Below, piece by piece: positions 54,750 to 64,000 of a stretch of 64,000 nt of DNA. The position numbers and the translations under genes are program-made. The stretch comes from Dicyema japonicum (taxonomy: Eukaryota > Animalia > Dicyemida), in assembly GCA_011109175.1 (NCBI GenBank), contig RDEW01000003.1, forward strand, positions 2,119,761-2,183,760, written 5' to 3'. Positions within the stretch are counted from its first letter, which is position 1. Every line of letters starts with the position of its first letter. The notes beneath the pieces were generated by a model that saw only the letters and a program-made list of their open reading frames with translations, was not told the origin of the DNA and made no database searches.

Positions 54750-56270
54750 AGCACTGAATAGACTGTAACCAACGTGGCTGAGATATTATTATTATTAGCA
54801 CTTTCACGAGAGCCAAATATTTATGGCACAGCATGTGCAGCAAAAAAATAAGAGAATTAGTTAGGTTACTCCAAGCTCTTCTGTTCTTAGCTAGGTCCCT
54901 CAGTGAGTCCAGATCGTCACCAGATGCCAATGTTTTCTTCACGGCTTTCAGATCGTTTTGTAGAATGACCGGGAGGGTAGTTCTCGGTCTTCCACGAAAG
55001 CGTTTTACATTGAAGGAGGAGTAGTAATCTTTCATTGCGATATTCGGAAGGAATTCGGTCCAACTCAGGACGTCCAAAAAGTCTCCAACAAGAGCGAATG
55101 ATCTCGTGGCTTAGTGGTGTACAGTCACACTTATTGTACAGTACATTCCGCGAGATCTTGGATGGCCGGGACATTCCAGTTATGTTTCTTAGATGATTCA
55201 TGTGAAACGAGTCTAGCCTCTCCAATTCCTCTTTAGAGGTGTCCAGGTCCCAGAGTTATATAGTAGGATTGGTTTGATGAAGTGTCGTATAACATTATCC
55301 TTTGTTTTATGTTATTCCTTTCCGTTTTAGCCAAAGTTTTTCAGCCTGGTAATGCCGCGTTTGCCATGGTTTTTCTATGATATCTTCACTATCACCTAGT
55401 AGGAGCCAAGTTTCTTTGTGTCTCCATTTTCTTCGAGAGAGTTATTCATTCGTTTATTTGTCCGTTCTGTTTTTCCCCTGTTCACGGTGAGAAACCATTT
55501 CCCAAGTATATCTGGTGCTTTTTCTAGTACATGCTCCAGGAGTTCTTTGTCTTCAAAGATTAGGTCGACATCATCAGCATAAATCACTTCTTCTATTTTT
55601 CCTTGGTATAATGGTCTCAGTTCCCTCATAGCGGCCTCCAAATATTGTGAATAGTATCGGAGAGAGGGAGTCTCCTTGAAGATTGCCTGTGTTTGTTTCA
55701 GATTTTCTTGAGTAGGTTTTTCCAACTCTCACAAGGAGCTCTGTGTTAGATAGAAGGATTTGAATCATTCTTAGACTCGATTCGTCAATAAACCCTTCTA
55801 GCACTGTCATCAATTTGTTCCTGTTAACCGAGTCAAAGGCTTTTGATAGATCTATTCCCAGAATGTGGGTGGCATTGCAATTTCTTTGATGTGTTGCACA
55901 TCTCTGTGACTCCAGACAGCATCAGCTGTTGATCTTTTTCTGAACCCACTTTGATTTTTGGGTAGGTTTTCATAGGCGGGTCCTTTCATTCGTTCCAATA
56001 CAATGTTAGCTAAGACTTTCCGTAAAGAAATTGATAATAATAGGTCGTAAGTTTTCAACCGGTCTTTGGGTTTATTGGGTTTTTGTGGCTGAGATATGTG
56101 CATGTTCAAAGACCAGTAAATGTTCGACTATGAAATGCATTCATCATACCCAAACTGCCATACAACTCGGGAACAGGATGACTATATCAGACATGGAAAA
56201 CAACCTTAGATAGCCTCCAAAAAAAGCAATTACTAGAAGTACGTAAAGGAGTCTAACAGGCTGGATCATC
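54750..56270 (-). mobile_element. Degenerate RTE-like RT element
   Basis: SGFRKRSTADAVW, GNLQGDSLSPILF, IYADDVD, CWRLFG..FRGRPRTTLP. Confidence 0.8.
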
Positions 56271-56399
56271 TGGGGGTGTACAAGTGACGGAAGAATATAA
56301 CTTTCTTATTTCGAATCGTGCACGATTTGTCGAAAGAGAGCCATAACCTCTTAACCACCAAATAATAACAACAGCAATAATAATTTATTAACAAGAGAG

Positions 56400-57060
56400 T
56401 TAAAAAGTTTTCTGGAGGGTATTACATCTGAGTCCTACCATAATGTTTAGACTCCACACCTGGACCCTTCCTTTTTAAATTTTTTTCTGAAAGTTTTTCC
56501 CAGTTTTAAATATGTCCTGGATCTTTTATCTCCCCCTGAAAACATTATCTAAATTGAAAGTAAATTATTAACCAAAGTTTCGCCAACATATAGGAAACTG
56601 ACAACTGTCAAAAGGACGCTCCCAGAGATCTATTACTTTGACTTCCAAAAGATCCAGGGAAGCAAAGAGTTACTGAACCACTCTCCAACCAGAGACTGTA
56701 TGCAAAAAACCCAGCTTCGGGAGGCATAGATTATCGTCTTCCTAATTTATTGCTTGTTCAAAAAGGTAAGGCACTAATTTTGCTGACCGTTCGAGTGGCC
56801 AAGGTTTTCGAGATATGGGTGATTTGTTGTCCTCTGGCGTCTGATAACTGAGTCGAATACACTAGTGAGTTCTTAGCATTAAGGTCACCGCAAATGATAA
56901 AATTATTGAAGTTGAGTAGGATATCCAGGTTGGGGTGGAAGGCATTCTTGCAGCATGATGAAGGTGGGATGTACATATTAACCGTTAAATCATACTTGAA
57001 CAATATGCCCACCCATACCAGGGACGATATACTTTTTCTCGATATTCTGACGTTATAATC
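56400..57060 (-). mobile_element. APE/RT LINE fragment
   Basis: FIICGDLNAK (APE), with downstream RT-like residues. Confidence 0.5.
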
Positions 57061-57212
57061 ATCATATCAAGAGATCAGTTTGTTCACACTTTTCTTAAAC
57101 ATCAATGGAGAATTAATCGTCTCTACAAACTCTTTCAAGTTATAAAATGTCACGTACGGCTCTTCCATTGGAGTGAAAAAAGCGAAATCCTTTTAGGACC
57201 AGGCAATAGACG

Positions 57213-57750
57213 TTACTCGAGTAATGCGAATCCAAAAACCTCTCTTAGGAATCACAAAAAAACAAAGCAAAAATTGACCAATGGTTATATGAGGGATTTG
57301 AACTATGGCGAGACTAGAGAGTCACCATAACCACCTAACCATCTGGTCATTCTATTTTAACTTGTCTTTTTATGATCTTTTAAACTCGATATTATTTATC
57401 ATGTTTACTCGTGTATATGTCGACCCCCTAAAATTCGACCAAATTTACGATTTTATGATATATCCGATTTATGAAATAGAAAGTGATTTATTATTTGTTA
57501 AGAAAGATTAAATTAGAATTATAAAGTGCTTACATAGAGTTCAAAATCCGTCTTCATCGTCACTATTTCCATAAGCTCGTTTTTTTCATTTTCGTTTAGT
57601 CTCTCTTTCGTGGCCTGCTGTTCTCACGAGAACAGTTTTTTCACTTTTGGCAGATACAGTTTTCGATGTCAAACCATACCGGTGTTTCGTCCATTTTTCC
57701 ATTTTACGATTATTCATATTGTTTTTTTTTCTCATTTTGAATACGATGGA
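57213..57750. repeat. Second diverged copy of the 53261-53830 segment (flank + pogo end)
   Basis: Long colinear matches, e.g. GCTTACATAGAGTTCAAAATCCGTCTTCATCGTCACTATTTCC. Confidence 0.85.
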
Positions 57751-57814
57751 CGATGGATTGAAAGAGAGTTAAAATTATCGAAAAAACGAAAAAAAAATTA
57801 TTGATTGATTTTTT

Positions 57815-60290
57815 CTTCTGCCTGTGGAGGCTTCTTTCACCTCGGGTGTTTGAAGCTCTCTTAGGCCTTTATCCGCCCCCTTGGGATATGGCATTGCCGC
57901 TCGTGCCTTGGAATTGGCTGGGGGTTTTCTAAAGGTCACGCGAGTGCATACACCTCCGGAGAAGACTTTTCCTATTCGGATCCAGATTCGCTACTCAGAC
58001 TTATCAATGAACGCCGTTCATCGAAGAGTATCTCGGTGAAGATCTCAAAAGCAACACGCCCATAGTTGCCGAAGCCTTAACCAAAGCAATCGACAATGCA
58101 CTCAGCTCCGACTCTATAAACGACTGGATACGTTTGTTTAATTTTGCTCCTTTCGCACTTGCCTCCCCTCGAGATCGCACTGAGAAAGAGTCTCCTCTCG
58201 ATTGAAATGAAGAACAACATCCGCGCATTTATGGATGGAACTCACTTTACGGACCTCCTGTTTTTTTGCATCCGTTCAGAGACCCGAAGTTCAACTCGGG
58301 AAACGGAGATTTTTCGCCTAAGAACAATCGAAGTTGCTTGAAGGAGGAACCCTATCCGCATTTAAGGCCCTCTCACTCTCAGGCGGACCACGCAATCCAA
58401 CCGTTGATACTTACAAGATTCTATCGGAGAAGCATCCACCCTATCCGAATGACCTACGCCACTGTTCACCCCCATCAAAAGTGACCCCTTTGACCACGTC
58501 GCCTGACGATGTCATCACGGCGTTATGGAACTTTGCACCAAGTAGCAATGGAGGTCTCGATTGCTTAAGGCCCGGCCATCTTAAAGACCTTATTTCACGA
58601 CTATTGGAGACCAAGCATGTCGTCTCTCCTTCTCACTCACTTCTCTTATGAACAGGATATTATCTGGATTATGGTAAAGCTGGACATCAAGAACGCTTTT
58701 AACTGTTTAAGAAGAGATTGCATTCTGGAGGCCTGCAAAGAAAGATGCCCATATATATTTGAACTGGTCAATTATTCATATGGAAAGCCTACGTCACTAT
58801 TGCACGGGGATTTCATGGTTCCATCGTCCTCAGGTGTTCAACAGGGCGACCCCTCGGACCACTGCTGTTCTCCCTCGGAATTGAGAAAATTACGAAGCTC
58901 TCTCGATGCCCACTCAACATCTGGTACCTCGATGACGCTGTCTTAGGAGGTCCCCCGGAAACGGTCTTCCAGGAGTTAGAAGTACTCATCTCCGCGTTGT
59001 CCGAGGTTGGTCTTGAGTTGAATACAACGAAATGTGAAATAACAAACTGTGGTCTTGCTGACGATGACTTCTCTTCAATTGTTCCAAAATTTTACTCCTT
59101 GTTTCCTTGTGGGATTTCGACCCCTGAAAACGAATTGATTTTTCTTGGATCCCCGATCACTAGGAATGGAATGAAGCATGTCCTCCTTGACAAAAAATAA
59201 CTCCTATGAGAATCGCTGGACATATTACAGCTACTTGATTCACACTCAGCACTATTCCTCATGAAAAGAAGTCTCAACATTCAGAGAATCGCCTATTTAC
59301 TCAGGACAGTCCCTTACTATTCCCAACTGGAGCAGCTTGAGCATTTTGATCTGTCTTTCCTCATAGCAAATATTTAATGTCAAATTCGACGATGCTACAT
59401 GGAAGCAAGTTACACTCCCAGTTAGATTTGGGGTCTTGGAATCCGTCGTACTTTGGACGTCTCACTTTCTGTACATCTGTCTTCACTCACAGCCTGCTAA
59501 CCTTTGGTCAGGAGGATTATACACTCCTTACCTGAATTCTCAATCGACCAAGACATAATCCACGCACGAGAATCCTGAAATGCTACCAACCTTCCTCTGC
59601 CTCCTTCACAGCTCAGTCAATCAACACCGACGCGCTTGTTTGCTTTCTGGGCCTTCCCGAGAACGGAGCTTGGCTAAACGCCATCCCCAGTGGAGTTCTG
59701 GGCACCTTTCTGGATGATGAATGTGTTAGAAGTCGTATCTCTCTGCGGCTGGGACTAAAAGTATGGCATCCTGATAGACTGCTATGGCCTGCACCCTTTT
59801 GCCTGCAAGAGGAGCACGGGTAGATCTCCAAGGCACAAGGCTCTGAATGAGATTGTCAAGCGGCTATGGATGCTGCTGGATATTCGGCCATTTTTGAACC
59901 GGTCGGGTTATGCAGAAGTGACGGGAATCGACCGGACGTGATGACCATATTTCCCTTTGAGGCCGGGAAACCACGTGAAATGTACAGACACGTTCTCCCC
60001 GAACAATCTTCACGAGTGCGCTTCAAAGGCCTGCTCTGCAGCCGTCAAGGCGGAGAAGGCTAAACTCGAAAAATACGTCGACCTTCCCGATAATGTTAAA
60101 TTTGTTCCCCTTGCTATGGAGACTTCCGGATCCTACTCCCCCTCTACACTCGAGTTTTTCGGACGTCTTGGAAACCGGATAACCTCATGCACTGGAGATC
60201 TCCGTGAACGCCGCTGCTATTTGAGCGAATTTTGCTCGCAATTCTGAGAGGGAACAGCCACGCAGTTAGGGCGACAACTGACTAACTTAT
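57815..60290 (+). mobile_element. Longest CRE-like element: partial PHD, RT, CCHC, REL; degenerate
   Basis: ACGGFFHLGC..WHCRSC, DWIRLFNFAP, LRPGHLKDL, KLDIKNAFN, GVQQGDP, WYLDD, RHKALN, RPD..FPFEAGKP, FVPLAMETSG, ILRGNSHAV. Confidence 0.88.
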
Positions 60291-61309
60291 GTTTTAACCA
60301 AAATAAATTCTTGATTGATTAATGTAAAGTTCAAAAAGTCTCCGTGGAATAAAGGCAGATTGAAGTCATTATTGTCAGCGAATATCGGATCATTTTTACA
60401 GCCAAAGCACCAAGAAGTGACTAAAGTTTTCAAGTCTCACTTCAACAGCATGAAGTTTGCTGATATTATTCAAAAAATTGAGGCCAGAAAAGATCCTTAT
60501 GTTTTACACAAAGAAATTAAAAACACATATCATTCATGAAAAAAACCGAGGACTCGAAGAACTGTTTCAAACATGCAAACAGGAGTACTAAGGGGCGCCT
60601 AATAATAATTGTGGGGAAACACGAATAAATAAAATTGTTCCAAAGACCAAGGCAAAAACCAAACTAATTCCTTGATCTGACGCGTTCCAGAAAACTTTCA
60701 CCCAAGAACAGTGATCCTGGTGACGTTGTCCGGGGAGCTGAGGTCGATTACAGAACTCGTTACCAGGGAACGAAATTGTCTCCCGGTGGAATGAATAGCT
60801 GGATCTTTTTGAATGCCAGCCAGGTATCGGGCGTCTTCTTAGTAAGGTGGATCCAATGATGTCATCAGAGGGAAGAAAGATAAATTTTTAACCAAATAGC
60901 CACATAGTGACACGTGGCTTTTTAAATAATGGTTCATACATTAAATAAAAATCAATAATCCACTCTAACCCGCCATTTTTTTCAGTCCCAATTCGAGAGG
61001 ATTTACTGTACATTTTTTGGTAGAAAAATATTCTAATAATTTGTCATTTATATGCTACCAACAAAATACGAGCCCATATTTTGTTTTGCTGTTCTACATT
61101 TGGGCTTGTTCCCCCATTTGGCACTTCCTTACAACTATGTGTTAATACCCCATCCCAGCACTCTGCGAAGCCATTTAAGAAATACTTGTCTAACCTCCAT
61201 AAAAATAAAATTAGAATATGCGTTTATTTTCAAGTCATGTGGCTACCAATAAAGTATAAAATCTACTGGATTTTAGCGAACATTGTGATTTACATTGAGT
61301 TTTAGAGAT

Positions 61310-62170
61310 TTATGCCGAAATGATCATGACTAAATTGGATTCTGTATCAAATAACGTGATTAAAATTGGAGGCAGGGACATCAATAATTTGCGCTATGCT
61401 GACGATACAACCTTACTGGCTGAAACAGAGGATGGCCTCAGGGAGTTGATTCTAAGATTAAGAGAAAAGAGGGCCGTCTTTGGTTTATTGCTAAACATCA
61501 AAAAGACCAAAATTATAACGACTGCTAATAATGGATCTAAAAATTGGGAATGAGAAAATAAAGAGTTGCGATAATGTTGTCTTTCTGGGATGTCTAATTA
61601 ATCGGAATGGTGACGGAGGTCTAGAAATCAAGTGGCGAATTGCCATGGAACGATACACCTTTCAGAGGATGAATAGAATTTGGAAAAGCAAAGATATTTC
61701 CTCAAGGACTAAATGCAGACTAGTTAATGCAATCGTGTTCCCGATTTTTTATACGACGCAGAATCATGGACATTGAAAAAGGAGGATAGGCAAAGAGTTA
61801 ATGCTTTTGAGCTGTGGTGCTGGAGGAGGTTACTAAGAATCCCTTGGACCTCTAAAGTAACAACCATCAATGTACTCAAACGGGTAGAGACTGACATTTC
61901 GCTAGAGGGAAGAATCGTAAAACACAGATTGGCGTTCTTTGGGCATATTGTCCGCTCTGATTCACTGGAAAGAACCATTATGCTGAGCAATATTACTGGG
62001 AAGAGAAGACCTGGCCGACCAAGGACTTGGTGGCTATCCACGGTGGAAGACGTCACGGGAATGCCTATATCAAGGCTATTCCAAATTGCAACGGATCGGG
62101 AGAGTGGAGGAAACTCGTTCATGAGATCTCCAAGGGTCGGACACGACTAAATTGGACAACATAACATAAC
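61310..62170 (+). mobile_element. 5'-truncated RTE (BovB-like) copy
   Basis: INNLRYADDTTLLAE, NAFELWCWRRLLRIPW, (ACATA)n tail. By eye about 90% similar to the 26680-27600 copy. Confidence 0.9.
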
Positions 62171-64000
62171 ATTTAGAGATTCACCAAGCTCTTTAGACCC
62201 GATAAACATTTCCATCCTTTCAAATCGAGATGGTGAAATTATATTTACTTATGAAGTACGGAGATGCCTACGGAATGTCGCCAGTATTTTATTCAAATGA
62301 TCCACATTAATGATAATACCATTAAATGTATTAGTCATGCTTTGAAGGTGTTCTCCGCGTTAAAATTCAAAATTTATTCATTTAGAACCAAAATATAGAG
62401 TTTCGCGACCAAGAGCGTCACTTTCCCGATCAATAGGATAACTTTCTAATCATTAAGGTTGGATAAGGGTGAATATATTTTAAGACGTGGAAAATATATT
62501 TCAGGATCTTGTAAATCCTTTTTTAACAATTTTAGTTGAAACTGATGATCTCAAAATTGAAGAGTCCTTGATGAACTCAAAAGCTCTCATGAGTCATTCA
62601 TTTTATTAGAGGAATTCGCTGAGCCATATACACCCATAGGCAATTTGGAAGGAAACTTGAGTGACGCGAACTTCAATTAACATCGGGGATTATGAGTGAT
62701 AACTTCCTCATTTCTCCTCTATAGTGTTAATTTGTGCCAGGGAGATTTGAACCCCATACATTGAAGTTCCGTTTCCGATGTCTCCTAAGTCCGAGAAGGG
62801 AACGAAAAGGTTACACATAGATTGAGGAGATGAAGACGTTAGCATAGTAAATCTGTGAAATAGTGAATCCAAGCGACGTGGTCAGAACAACCGTACGACT
62901 AATTAGCTACCAACTGGTCTATTATTGAGATTAATAATTCTCGAAGTATGCCTTATTAGCAGGATTGAACAGTTCTCCCTCCATTTTGGGTGGTTTTTGA
63001 TTCGTAAATCAAATTGTGGTTCACCCTTAAGCTTAGTCGTGGACTGACCGTGAATATCATTATTTGCTCGTTAGGTCCAAAACGTCAGCATATTCACTAT
63101 AGGGCAATCTTGCTCTCCAAAGTTGTCTTGGATGCCAGTTGATAATTCATGTCTTCATTGACAACAGGGGATGGGCAAATTGAGTTACTTGTAACAAGAA
63201 TCTCATACTTGGAATTGATTCCATGAGATGGATACTTGGTCGAAGGTTTTTTATGCTCTGTCGTTTTCTTGGTTCAATTACCGTGGCACCATGTGATTCA
63301 ACCGTTTCTAAAGGGGCCCAGTGCCAGAATGTCGTCGTAAGGGATCATTAACCCTTCCTTACTAAACTTATAGGACTTTCATAACTGGTTTTGGATAAAC
63401 CTGACTGTGCTAGGAATTGCCCTTATGAGCTAGGAACTGGATACACTTAATATGGTAATGATAACACGTGTATATAACTATAGCAGTACAGATATTTGTG
63501 ATATTGTCTTAAGCACCCCCATGTACAACATCTGTGATCACAAAAATGTTGAAATTCCTTTTTAGGAGATGCATCATCCTCGCACCCTACATTATACATA
63601 GAGTCGCCAAATAGATAGCTTCATATATGTGGTTTTAATTTATTCCAGAAACATCTCCCAGCACGTAAATTTAAAATATTACCCGAAAGAGTCATACCAG
63701 AAAAAAAGGTACTAGATTTTGAGTGCCACAAAAATTATCTAAAAATTTCTCAAACTGCCAGTCACTCACATCCTTAACTTCTCTTATTATAAACCAATTA
63801 CACATCAGAAAAAAGGCATCATTTAAACGAGTCCACTACCCACAATCTCCCAAGTCAACCCAAACATATATCTATCTATCGAGAAGACAATGACTAGTAT
63901 ATGAACCCAAGAGGAACGACCCAGTAGGTCAAAGATCCTACATCTAAGGTCTCCTCGTCAATAACAAGGAAAAATGAGTAAGATGTATGACCAAGCAGTA

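Noticed and set aside
62200-64000. Possible gene or element at the window end
   Set aside because: Only short interrupted frames, with no motif I can identify.

Overview
Eukaryotic (metazoan) nuclear DNA with two kinds of sequence. Ultra-compact gene islands alternate with dense graveyards of transposable elements. Host genes reconstructed by hand-splicing very short GT-AG introns (mostly 21-29 nt): a FRMD3/5-like FERM protein, CLPX, POLQ, RPUSD4, RPLP0, a Maf/ASMTL-type pyrophosphatase, a double-PHD+SAM protein, an MTMR3/4-like myotubularin, NDUFB5, an SRSF7-like SR protein, CENP-C, RPUSD2 and RPAP2. Some genes are only about 70 nt apart. Intron size and compaction fit a highly reduced animal such as a dicyemid (inference, not proven). 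TEs: many CRE-like REL-endonuclease retrotransposons, RTE/BovB-like and other APE-RT LINEs (two with 2A-like StopGo motifs), and hAT and pogo remnants. Scattered 1-nt indels in essential genes and a single-N duplicated join suggest imperfect assembly consensus. Most interesting: CENP-C with an eroded CENP-A-binding motif and a 14-aa repeat array, an exceptionally long intron at the SRSF7 poison-exon position, 2A-bearing LINEs, PHD-finger CRE elements, a near-linkerless Pol theta, and a TSD-flanked bipartite RTE mini-element. All identifications come from manual motif recognition; no database search was run. TE boundaries are approximate.
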